Of a stretch of 64,000 bases of DNA, positions 13,070 to 24,715 are shown in pieces (the first letter of the stretch is position 1; the number at the start of each line of letters is the position of its first letter). The notes under the pieces are model-generated. The model had not been told where the DNA came from and searched no databases. It worked only from the letters and a program-made list of their open reading frames with translations. The DNA comes from Cenococcum geophilum (lineage: Eukaryota), in NCBI GenBank assembly GCA_050273025.1, contig CP158635.1:29760001-29824000 (forward strand), in the 5' to 3' direction. Made by a program: the position numbers and the translations under genes.

Positions 13070-13717
13070 GAGGCTCTGCATAAGGCTCTGCACAAGGCTC
13101 TACACGAAGCTCTACACGAAGCTCTACACGAGGCTCTGCACAAGGCTCTACGTACAGAGGCTCTGCACGAGGCTCTGCGCGAAGCTCTGCGTACGGAGGC
13201 TCTGCACGAAGCTCTACGTAGAGGCTCTGCACGAAGCTCTACGCGAGGCTCTGCGTACGAAGGCTCTGCACAAAGCTCTACGTAGAGGCTCTGCACGAGG
13301 CTCTACGCGAGGCTCTGCGTACGGAGGCTCTGCACGAAGCTCTGCACGAAGCTCTACACGAAGCTCTGCACGAAGCTCTACGTACAGAGGCTCTACATGA
13401 GGCTCTGCGCGAAGCTCTACGTACGGAGGCTCTGCACGAAGCTCTACGTAGAGGCTCTACACGAGGCTCTGCGCGAGGCTCTGCGTACGGAGGCTCTGCA
13501 CGAAGCTCTGCACGAGGCTCTGCACGAGGCTCTGCGCGAAGCTCTGCGTACAGAGGCTCTACACGAAGCTCTGCACGAGGCTCTGCGCGAAGCTCTGCAT
13601 ACGGAGGCTCTACACGAAGCTCTACACGAAGCTCTATACGAAGCTCTACGTACAGAGGCTCTGCACAAGGCTCTGCGCGAAGCTCTGCGTACGGAGGCTC
13701 TACACGAAGCTCTGCAT
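13070..13717. repeat. Minisatellite, 12-bp unit GARGCTCTRCRC with interspersed 15-17-bp variants
   Basis: Roughly 50 units read directly. Source of the spurious EALH/RASC/AEP ORFs. Confidence 0.95.
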
Positions 13718-13840
13718 CGGGTCCCCGCTATATTCCCGATAGCGTCTACACGTGTCTCTGCCTATATAGCCGCCTTATTTTTTACCCTTCCTTTCCTCCT
13801 TACATCCTCCCTACCTAGGGAGGCACTAGAACGGTAGCCA

Positions 13841-14289
13841 GCAGAGGACCGTTGCTAGAACTAGATGACTATCGCTAGAACCAGACGACCGTCGCCAGAA
13901 CTAGACGACCGTTACCAGAACCAGACGACCGTCGCCAGAGCTAGACGACCGTCGCCAGAACCAGACAATCGTCGTTAGAGCCAGATGACTATCGCCAGAG
14001 CCAGACAACTGTCGCTAGAACCAGACGACCGTCGCCAGAACTAGACGACCGTTACCAGAACCAGACGACCGTCGCTAGAGCCAGACGACCGTCTCCAGAG
14101 TCAGACGACTGTCGCCAAAACCAGACGACCGTCGCCAGAACCAGACGACCGTCGCTAGAACTAGACGACCGTCGCCAGAACCAGACGACCGTTACCAAAG
14201 CCAGACGACCGTTACCAGAGCCAGACGACCGTTACCAAAACTAGACAACCGTCGCTAGAACCAGACGACCGTCGCCAGAACCAGACGAC
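13841..14289. repeat. Minisatellite, 20-bp unit CCAGACGACCGTCGCCAGAA
   Basis: About 22 units in exact 20-bp phase. Confidence 0.95.
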
Positions 14290-14346
14290 AACGACTAGCC
14301 AGCGAACACTATAAACGATTCAATTAATTAATCGAATCAAGGTAGC

Positions 14347-14705
14347 ACAGATAGGTAGGTATAAACAGGGAGATGCTGACGGGTAGGTAGATACAGATAG
14401 GTAGGCAGATACAGACAGGTAAGCAGATGCAGATAGGTAAGCAGATGCAGACAGGTAGGCAGATGCTGACGGGTAGGCAGATATAGATAGGTAGGCAGAT
14501 ATAAACAGGTAGGCGATACAGACAGGTAGGCGATACAGATAGGTAGGCAATGCAGGTAGGTAGGCAATGTAGGTAGGTAGGCAATATAGATAGGTAGGTA
14601 ATGCAGACAGGTAGGTAATGTAGATAGGTAGGCAATGCAGATAGGTAGGCGATGCAGGTAGGTAGGTAGATAGGTAGGTAGGTAAGTTAATAGGTAAATA
14701 GGTAG
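14347..14705. repeat. Minisatellite, 16-18-bp unit CAGATAGGTAGGCAGATR, decaying into (AGGT)n
   Basis: Read directly. Confidence 0.9.
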
Positions 14706-14863
14706 AAGAGAACCATCGCTATATTATATTAAATTATCTAAAATAATAATATTTATTTTGCTAGCCTTATAAATAGCTTTAAAATAGCTTTTATTTATTT
14801 AAAATATGCTATTAGTATAAAAGAGGTAAATATAATTATGGTTGCTAAATGCGTAGATTGCTG

Positions 14864-14920
14864 GCAGGTTGCGCGCAGGTTGCGCGTAGGTTGCACGCAG
14901 GCTGCGCACAGGCTGCGTGT
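14864..14920. repeat. Five copies of the 11-bp unit GCAGGTTGCGC
   Basis: Read directly. Confidence 0.85.
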
Positions 14921-15289
14921 TAAAAAAACACGACATAGGCTAGTCGGTCGAGTTGCTAAATGACCTCAACTGCGCGCCAATTGCGTCAACCACCAACCAT
15001 TGAGGCCATTGAAAGGGTACCATATTTTGCCGATGTAGCGCTATTATAATAGAGTTATATTAGTAAAATTGCGGCTATTTACTAAAAAGGTATTAGAAGG
15101 TAAAGTATAAAGACACCTTACTTATTAAGCTTAATTCTTTTCCTTAGCACCTTGCTTTCTGCTGTTAACCTTTGTTTGGTTTAGACGTATCTTTAATATA
15201 TTATTAAGATTTTCTTTTTTTATATTATTAACTTAATATACCTCTTTATTCTTCTACTAACTACTTTTTTAAGTAAATTCTATAGCGTA

Positions 15290-16270
15290 TCCTGGCCCTA
15301 CCTTTATATATAGAACCTTAACCCCTATTAACCCGTAACTAGTACTAGTCCTACCTAAATAATTTTACCTATATATCTTTAAAAGACCAAAAATCTAATA
15401 ATAGGATTTTAAAGGCCTATAATAAGACGCACTACGTTAGATTTAATACCTTTAGTCCTTATAATTAATACATACGTACTAAGAGCGGTAGTTATATTAA
15501 GGTAAGCTTTTCTGTCCTTAATAAATTTTTATTGCTAACTTTAAGCTTTAATAGCCTAGGCCTAAGTAGCGACGTTTCTTTAATATTCTTAACTACTATA
15601 TTACCTAGGCTCTCTCCTATTTAAGCACTAATACTAAATATTTAGGTTAAATTTAAGATTATACTATAGCTATCTATACCGCCTATAACTCTTAATAAGC
15701 TAGTTAGTAACGCTTAATATAAGAGTAATGTTAGTATATTAAGGATAGGGTAAAGGATAGGGGTAATAAGAAGAAGGTTACTATTTACTATAGGAAGGAG
15801 TTTACGTATACGCGTTAAGTTTTAAAAGAGTATAATATAATACGCTATTAGGTAGGTTACCCTTTAGATACCTAGTAGATAGGTAATTAATAGTTGCTAT
15901 AGTAAGGTCTTAGTAGTTCTAAACTATACTAGCTAGCTAACGTCTCTGTTTATTCTAGGCTTAAGTATATCTTTATTAACTATAAGCTAATTCTATAAGA
16001 GCTTTATTAGTATTGGTTTAGACCTAATATTAGTATTAAGCATTTAAGAATCTCTACTCCTGCTATACCTTATTATCTTACCCCTATTTTTATACCTACT
16101 TATATACCTATAAAGAGATCTTATTCCTATTAGCCGTCCCTTAAAGGGCCAATAGATACTAATCCTAATCCTAAAGATAAGGCATAGTGGCTTTTTAGAT
16201 TAGGTATTTTAGATTTATTTTTATATATAGTAGCAATTAAGGACCTTAATTAGGTGCTTAAAAAGGCCTT
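15290..16270 (+). pseudogene. Putative antisense Cys-cluster ORF relic in the G2 3' region
   Basis: De-RIPed reading CLH...KTHCVRFDAFSPCDRCIRTKSGSCIE, followed by a GTAAGC..GCTAAC..AG intron signal at ~15502. All Cys codons are inferred from TAT/TAC. Confidence 0.35.
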
Positions 16271-17323
16271 ATAAGGCTTTTAGAAAGGGCTTAAAAACCC
16301 TAAAAATAATTTTTTTAATATAAATTAATAAATAGGAATGCAATTCTAGCAAAATACCCTATTAACTCTATGCTATATACGTAAAAAGGCTAAGAACCTA
16401 TTCTATTTTAGGCTATAGCCCTAATCCTTATAGTTTCTAGAGCCTGTCCATTCTATATCCAATTTAACCTATATACTCTTTTTATAAGCTTTCTTTATAG
16501 GTTGCGATAATACTATAGTATTAGAGCGCCTTTTATAAATTTATAGATTATGGACCTTAGTCCTAATATTCTTTTAGAATATCTTTATAATAATTAAGGT
16601 AATTATCTAGTTCCTATATAGAGTCCTTAGCGGGCTAGCCTAGCTATTTAACTTTATATTAAAGCTTGTTTTTAATAAACTTATACCACTCGCCTACTAC
16701 CTTAGGGTATTTAATTAGGCCTAGACGGAGTTTCTTTTTTAGTAGTAGTCTATACTATAGCTCTAATAGGTTTATATAAAATACTAGATATATATAAGCC
16801 ATAGATAGGGGTAGCTAAAGATAGTAGGCTAGCTTACTAATTTATTTCTTAACTTAAAAGGGATCTAGATATTTAATATTCGTTAAGCGTAATAAAACCT
16901 CATCAGCTACTCTAAAATACTTATTTTAGTATTTATAGTTATACTAAAGTCTCTACTACTCTTAGGTATCTTATAGGCTCTACTTTATATACTTTTACTA
17001 CTCCTTCTATTTTTAGAGGTATCCTTATACTTTTTAATAGATATCTTTAGACTTAGTAGGATCTTATAATTAATTATATAGCCTTAGCTAGTAATTATTA
17101 GGTATACTATTAAACCTAAATAGTTAGACGCTATAGGCAATCTAAATTAGTATATACTTATATAATACGTATTACTTTAAATTATAAGCGTACTCCGCGT
17201 ACGGAAGCAGCTTATACTAATTATCTTACTAGTAGTTTAAATACATTTATAAGTAAGACTTTAGTTCCTAGTTCTAGCGTTCTATTTACCCGTCCGTTTA
17301 TAGATTAAAAGCTATATTATAAT

Positions 17324-17517
17324 TGTTGGAATATATAGACAGGAATATATGGACAGATTACGTAGTCACGTGTCTCTGATTAGTCACCCTTATGGTAACT
17401 CATTAGCCCCCTACTTAGGCACCGCGATCCTTACGATCCTCTACTTTCGATACCTATTAGACAAGAATCAATTCAACAGTTAATAGGCCATACAAGTGCA
17501 CTTGGGTGATACCGACA
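17324..17517 (+). repeat. 5' LTR of the non-autonomous element
   Basis: 194 bp. Equals the 180-bp 3' LTR plus a 14-bp duplication GGAATATATRGACA. Confidence 0.92.
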
Positions 17518-17940
17518 TTAATTAATAGTTAACCTTACCGGTTGGCCATAGAGTAACAAGGTTCACTGCCGCCCTAGCAGCTTCGTTTAATTGAAAGCAG
17601 CACTCTAGTACCTAGCAGCAAAACCATATTAGCAGCTCTGGCAGCACCTAACCCTAGCCAGCTTAGAATATAATAAATACGCAACGTATAAGATATTCTA
17701 CAGCACGCAAATCAACCCCCAGTACGACCTCTTCACTGAGTGCCGTACCCCTAGTATAACAGCACCAAACATCTAATAGCCCTCGGGCAGTACCCTAGCA
17801 GCTACCTCAGCAGCTACCCTAGCAGTACTACGGCAGCGCTCTAGCCGTATATAGTACACTAGCTTTTACAGCACCTAACACCTAACTACCTAACTGCTTT
17901 ACGCAGTACCCTAGCGTAGCTACGCAACTCAGCAGCAAAC

Positions 17941-20900
17941 TATTAAATTTGTTAGTACTGCAAGCCCCTGCATCAAGACTGGGTATATAGTCTGCGATGC
18001 CCTTCTGTATTCTAGAACATATGAACACAATAATTAACTAATTAGAGCACCAAAAACATCAGGTTATAAGCCCGGAAGGGCGCTAACTAAGCTAAGTCTG
18101 ATATTTACCCCGCCAACCTTCTTAATCTCCTAATAACGCCTTTAGCATTATTATATGTTCTAGACTAGGGTAATACAGCGAAGACAGCTCCTAATAACGT
18201 AGGGAGAGGTCTAGACTGGCCGGCTTTAAATTAGAAGAGCCTAAAACGAGGGCTAACAATAAGACATTTAACGGTCTTTTTAGCAAGCTATAAAACCTAC
18301 TCTAACTAGCCCTATAATAATAGCTATCTTATAAATATACTGTCTGTTAATAGGTGCGGCAATATCTGTAAGAAATATTATATAGAGAGACCAACGGAGA
18401 CGCCGTCGGCGAGGCCGTATAAGTGAACTAAAGTTATATTAGTTAAAAATTTTCTTAATAAAATTGCTATATATATAGTCTTTAGAACGGGACTTAGGAT
18501 GTCCAACTTTAATTCTATAAGCTATTTATTACTTTCCCTTAATATTATAATATTATAGTAAACGTATAAGCCGAAATAAAGGGAGGCTATAATTTAGCTA
18601 TGGTACCTTTTCTTAACAGAGTAGATAATTAGCTAGACTTTTCCAACGGTATCAAAACCTTCCTAATTATAGGAAGTTAGCTTAACTGGCTAGAAAACCA
18701 TAAGAATATGCCAGTTATCCCCTTAACAGAATAGAAGAAGAAATATAAGTTTGCTATATACGCTATAAGAGCTTAATTTAATTACAACGCTAAATAAATA
18801 ATTAATGGAATAAGCAACTACTATACTGCCTATAAGACTCTTAAAAAGAACTATAAACCTTAAGGCAACGGTACCTTCCGCAATCTCTCTAATTAGTTCT
18901 TTACTATCTCTCTAGCTAACTATAAGAGTATTAAGGATTACACCAAAGCCGTTAAAAAGCTTTAAAATTAACTAGTCTAGTTAGGAGTTATAATCCTATA
19001 GCTACTAGTGATTCTACAATACCTATAAGGCCTAGGGTCGGCGTATAGTATCTTCTATACTTTATTTACTACTAACAATTAGATACTTCCGGATAATAGA
19101 AATAAGGTTAACTTTAACTTTATAGCGCTTAAGGCTAAAGGGTATAAGCGTATATTAGCATAAGAGGAAAGCGTAGCTGCGCTAGCAGTGTCTATAGCCT
19201 TAATGATTAGCACTGCACTTGCGGCAACTAGCAATATTAGAAATATTAAGGTTCCCTATTGTACCTACTACCACAAATCTTATTATACTAAGGAGAAGTA
19301 CTGAACGCTGTATCCGTATTTAAAGCAGTAGGCTAAGGCTAAAAAGGGACGCCGCGGACTATCTGGTAAGAAGAGGAAGACTTATAAGAATAATAATGAG
19401 TTAGATGACCCTATGGGCCTTATTATATACTTTAGAATAATAGTAAATAATAATATTGGAAATCTTTTATATACCTAATAGGCTGTTGACACCGGATGCT
19501 CCCGTTATATTACTTACTCTTAAGAACATTTTATTAGCTATAAAGCTATCCCTAAATCCTCTATATATGTTAAAGGCCTAGAAGGGACATTATACGCACC
19601 TATTAGTAGAGGGACAGTTAAACTGTAATGTAAAATTAAAGGCAAATCTTAATTAATTTATCTTACTAACGTTTACCAAGTGCCTAATTATATAGTTAAC
19701 TTAATATCTATTACGTAATTATTTAAGGTTAGCGTAGATATTTAATTCTTAAAGGATAACTGTAAGATTAGAATGGGAAAGAGAATAATTATAGTAATAA
19801 GCAGGAACGGATGCTGGTTCCTTAATATAACCCTTAAATAGTAATTAGCCCTTCTCTCTACGGAGATTAACCCTAATATATTATAAGTTTAGTATAATTG
19901 TCTGGGCTATATTGCGGAAAGCATATTATTTAGAATGGCTAAAATAATAGAGGAAATTAACCTTACTAAGCCAATCCCTAAAATTTCCCCTTATAAGACA
20001 TGCGGAATATCTACGCTACGCTTAAAACCCTATAACAGCTATATCCGACCAGGAGAGGCTCCTATAGATCTTATCTACTTAGACGTGTTAGGGCTATTTA
20101 AGATTAGACTTAATAGCTCCTAATTTATTATTACGTTCCTTTATAACGTAACCTAACTCTTAGTTACCTATTGTATTAAGTCTAAGGCCGACGTATTTAA
20201 TTATTTTAGAAACTTTAAATAATACTATAAACAACTAGATTATAAGATTTATCGGCTACGAGCTAATAATAGTAGAGAATATACGTCTAAAGCTATGTTA
20301 AGATACCTTTTTCTCTTAGGCATTATACCAGAATTTATAGTCCTAGGAAATCTATAGTAAAATGGCGCTATAGAGAAGCTTAGGTATATTATCTAGAATA
20401 AGGCTAAAACCTTTCTAAAGCTTTTAGGATTGTTATAGGAATATTGGCCGGAAATGGTACGTATAGCAAACTACGTCTAAATACGCACTCTCTAATTAAG
20501 GCTTTAGATAATACTATACCGAGCTTAGTATAGATATGATCCTTACTACTAATATATACGCACACTAGGTATAAAGTACTTAGCTTTAGAAAGAATCCGC
20601 TCTAAATAGAAGGATAATGCGGTTAAATATACGCTTCTTGGCTATAAAGGCGATTATATTTACCAACTTATTACTACCACTAGATAACTAATCTGGGCGT
20701 TATCTGTATAGTTTATAGCCGAAAAGAGAGGCCTTAATGATATAGGAGTATCTAAGCCTTTGGCTAAAAGACAACACTTATTAACACTTTTTGTATATCC
20801 CGTGCCTAACTTATAGGGGGATAATAAGATAATTTAGGTTACTCCTAGCCTAGAAAGAGAGCCTTTACCCAGATAAGACTATATATTAGTGCCGGCACTA

Positions 20901-22924
20901 GCACGGGAACCTCGTCCACGAATTGTAAAAGCAACTATATATTACCCGCTTAAACAAGCACTACTTACCGCAACTAACGAGCCCTATTTTATCGCTTTTA
21001 TTACAAATATAGATAGCTTAGAACCCTATAAACTACGAACATATAAAGAAGCTGTTAGTGGAGGGAATGTAAAGCAGTAGGAGAAGTTAATAGAAGATGA
21101 GGTTAACTCTTTAACTAAAAACTATACTTAGGACCTAGTTAATCGACTAAAAGATAGAACGGTATTAATTGGTAAATGGGTGTATAAGTATAAGCGCGGC
21201 TTAAATGGTGAGATTCTATAATATAAATTGAGATGGGTAGTAAGAGGTTTTAAGTAGCGAGAAGGCCTTAACTACTATAAGACCTTTGCCTTGGTTGTTA
21301 AGCTAATAAGCTATAAGCTATTATTTGCGATCGCGGTAGTAAATGACCTTAAGATTAAATAAATGGACGTTAAAACGGCTTTTCTTTACGGCGATATTGA
21401 TACTAAAATCTATATAGAGCAGCCTGAAGGAATGGGAGCTATTAGGGAGTTATATAGGGTCTATAAGCTAAATAAGGCACTTTACGGCCTAAAGTAATTA
21501 CCGCGTGTCTTGTATTTTACCTTTACGGCCTACCTCAAAACCCTTAGCTTTAAACCCCTTATAGCCGACAACTATATATTTCACGACAGCAAAGGCATAT
21601 ATATTGCAGTCTTTATTAATAATCTTCTTATAGTTGGCCCATCTAAGGCTAATATCTCTATAATTAAAGCGAAGCTAAGTAAGCGTTTTTATATAATAGA
21701 CCTAGGCCCTTATAAGTACTACCTTGGAATAGAGGTAATAAGAGATTAACAAAACCGAACCCTAAAGCTAAGCCAGCGAAGCTATCTTAAGAAAGTGCTA
21801 CGCGACTTTAGGATATGGAACTGCAATAAGAAGTATAATACGCTAATTAATACGTATATAAGGCTATAGAAAGCAGAAGCCGAGTACGAGCTAAAGACAG
21901 CCGATATTAAATGGTATTAAAGTGCCGTAGGCTCCCTTATGTACGCTATACTGGGAACCCACCCTAATATCGCCTACGCTGTTTTAGTTATTAGCCGATT
22001 TGCTATAAAACCTACGTAAGTATACAAGGCTATAGTAACTCGAATCTTTTAATACCTCCAGAAAACGGTTAACTATGTGCTTGTCTTTAAGGGCCCACTA
22101 GTAGCACTATCTAGCTATAGTGATTCTGATTAGGCAGGAGACTATAATACTCGGAAATTAACTTTAGGCTATATTTTTAATATAGGAAGTGCAGTAATTA
22201 GCTGGTCCTTAAAACTATAGTTAACTATTATACTATTATTATATAAGGCCGAATATATTGGCCAGACAAACACTATAAAAGAAGTAATTTGGCTATAACG
22301 ACTATTTAATAAAATACGACCCGAAGCAGCGAATAAAGCGCAAGCGACAATTATATACTGCGATAATTAAGGCGCTATTATACTTGCGAAGAACCCTTAA
22401 TTTCACGCCCGTACTAAGCATATTAATATATAATATCATTTTATACGAGATAAGGTTAGCGAGGGAGCTGTAGAGCTTTAGTATATTAAGATAGAGAGTT
22501 AGGTAGCCAACGGCTTAATAAAAGCGTTAGATAAGATTAAGTTCGAGAGATTTAGGAAGGCAATTGGGCTAGAGCAGGCATAAGAAGACACGGTAGGTAA
22601 GGCTTTTCCCTCCTATTATAGGGGGGTTTTTATCGCCTAGAGATGCTAAGATATGAGCTGGTTTATGTTTTCCAGCTAATAATATACTGCGATTTTCCCT
22701 AAGATATAACGGGTTTTTGGGCGTATTGGAACTATCAACTTTATTTATATAACTGCTACCAGAGAGCAATAGCTTAACTATAGCTCGCATTCCTGAGTGG
22801 AAGTGTTGAATTTGTCAGTACTGCAAGCCCCTGCATTAAGACTAGGTATATAGTCTGCGATGCCCTTCTGTATTCTAGAATATATAAACATAATAATTAA
22901 CCAATTAGAGCACCAAAAACATTA
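17941..22924 (+). mobile_element. Ty1/copia LTR retrotransposon C1, full length, RIPed
   Basis: 121-bp LTRs at 17941-18061 and 22804-22924. TSD CAAAC. GGTTATAAGCCC primer-binding site (PBS) after the 5' LTR. Domain order PR-IN-RT-RH. Confidence 0.96.
18600..22583 (+). pseudogene. Copia C1 gag-pol polyprotein, RIP stops
   Basis: Zn knuckle at ~19260. Protease AVDTGCSR at ~19480. Integrase LRANNSREY at ~20255. RT QMDVKTAFLYG at ~21360 and AVFINNLL (xxDD) at ~21605. RNase H SDSD*AG at ~22115 and FHARTKHI at ~22400. Start approximate. Confidence 0.92.
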
Positions 22925-23002
22925 CAAACCACCCCCTAGTACGCGTCTTAGCATATAAATTAACGCCTAATAGCCTCGCGTAGTACTCTAGCATTATAGC
23001 AA

Positions 23003-23180
23003 CCTAGCAGCGTTAGCGGCACCCAATACCCAACAACCTAGCAGCGTTATGGCAGCATTATAGCAACCTAGCAGCGTTAGCAGCACCCAATACCTAATAA
23101 CCTAGCAGCGTTAGCAGCACCCTATAACCTAGCAGCGTTAGCAGCACCCAATACCTAATAACCTAGCAGCGTTAGTAGCA
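23003..23180. repeat. Tandem ~26-35-bp repeats with core ACCTAGCAGCGTTAGCAGCACCC
   Basis: Six core copies read directly inside the non-autonomous element. Confidence 0.8.
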
Positions 23181-24535
23181 AACCATCCCCTATCTACCTA
23201 CAATCCTAATACTATCTACTATCTTCCTTGCAGATCTGCTACGTTGAAAATTACGTTAACAGCGCGCCCTAAACGCCAGCGTGCCCCTACCCCTCTTTCC
23301 CCTTCTACGGCCTTTGCAAGCCATAAATACCACATTAACAAAGTCTATATATTAGTGGTTTTACGCATAAAGAAAGAACTACTAGAGGAATTAAGACCTA
23401 CTACCTCTGCCCTCTTAAATCTACTAGTATCTGCGGTAGCTACAAACCCTTAATAATAGCACCACCTTAACTTTCTAAAGAATATAAAAGCGGGACCTAT
23501 ATAACCACCGGACGGCTTTACTATATTAATATCTATAACAACAAAGCCTAATGGGAGCTTTCTACTATAACCGCTTATTAAAAACAGATTGAGGATATAT
23601 AAAATATAGTTTAATAATAAGAGCAGACTTTTAAAACGAAATTATGCTAATAGTAAGATATTCTAGACCTACGTTAATAATAGTACGAAAGAATCTAGAA
23701 GGCAAATTAAGAGTAAAAGGAAGAGATTAAGGAGTTATAAAGCGTAGTTTAGCAATTACAGCAATAACAAGCTTCGTCCGCACAAGCTCCGTCTACGCAA
23801 GCTCCGCTAGCTTTACCCTCTTTATTAACTAAAGCTAAAGAGCCACGGCAGCCAAGCTCGTATAAACCCCCGCAACCTTAAACCTGCGAAAAGTGCTCTA
23901 CTATATTCCCTTTAGGTCAAGCGCTCTTTAAATATTTACTAAATTGTTAACCATTTTAATATACTAAGTGCGGATCTATAATCCCTTTAAATACCACTCT
24001 CCATAAGTATGTTCGGGGATATCGTCGTCTAAAAGATATAAATAGGAATTTGGATATAGACCAAGCTTCGCTGGAATAGCAGTTTTACGTATAAAGAAAA
24101 GAACTGCCAGTGTCTGCGGCTGCTATGCCGATACGCCTGCGAACACGAACTAATAAGACACTATACCAATACGCCCGCGAATTAACCCTATAATAAGACT
24201 CCGTGCTGATCTGCCTACGGAACCGACCCTACACTGGCACCGTACTGCTATGTACCATGGACAAACTGATAGCGCCGCTATGCCTGCTATTATAATACTG
24301 ATCGCGCTAATACGCCTGCGATCTACCGACCAAATGATTGTGCCTATACGCCTACGATTAACCGACCGACTGATAGACAAGCTCTGTACTTAACCACTAT
24401 TACTACCGCTACTGGTACCGTACTACTACCCGAATAGACTATTGCTGCTTCTACCTCCAGCTAAACCGACACCTTGCTGCCTTACTGCCTTGCTGCCTTC
24501 CTACAGCGCTATAAGCATAAAGAAAGAACTGCCAG

Positions 24536-24715
24536 TGTTGGAATATATGGACAGGTTACGTAGTCACGTGTCTCTGATTAGTCACCCTTATGGTGACTCA
24601 TCAGCCCCCTACTTAGGCACCGCGATCCTTATAATCCTCTGCTTTCGATACCTATTAGATAAGAATCAATTTAACAGTTAATAGGCCATACAAGTGCACT
24701 TGGGTAATACCGACA
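24536..24715 (+). repeat. 3' LTR of the non-autonomous element
   Basis: TGTTGG...CCGACA, matches 17324-17517. Confidence 0.92.

Larger units (their letters stand above)
12711..15035. mobile_element. Non-autonomous TIR DNA element filled with tandem repeats
   Basis: Left end CATCGGGAAAATAT (12711-12724) and right end ATATTTTGCCGATG (15022-15035) match 13/14 as inverted repeats. TA lies immediately outside both ends. No transposase seen. Confidence 0.7.
17324..24715 (+). mobile_element. Non-autonomous LTR element (LARD/TRIM-like; ~2.4 kb without the nested copia), inserted in the G2 integrase
   Basis: TG...CA LTRs at 17324-17517 and 24536-24715. TSD ATAAT at 17319-17323 and 24716-24720. PPT-like AAAGAAAGAACTGCCAG. 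No pol motifs in its own interior. Confidence 0.9.

Noticed and set aside
13050..13837. ORFs of 60-146 aa (EALH, RASC and AEP repeats)
   Set aside because: Translations of the 12-bp minisatellite on both strands; no evidence of coding function.
13841..14289. CRISPR-like regular array
   Set aside because: Units are contiguous with no unique spacers, no cas genes are present, and the context is eukaryotic.
14320..14635. Three overlapping minus-strand ORFs
   Set aside because: Artefacts of the AGGT-based array, open in all three frames.
19935..21749. Short plus-strand ORFs as separate genes
   Set aside because: Stop-free fragments of the RIPed C1 polyprotein.
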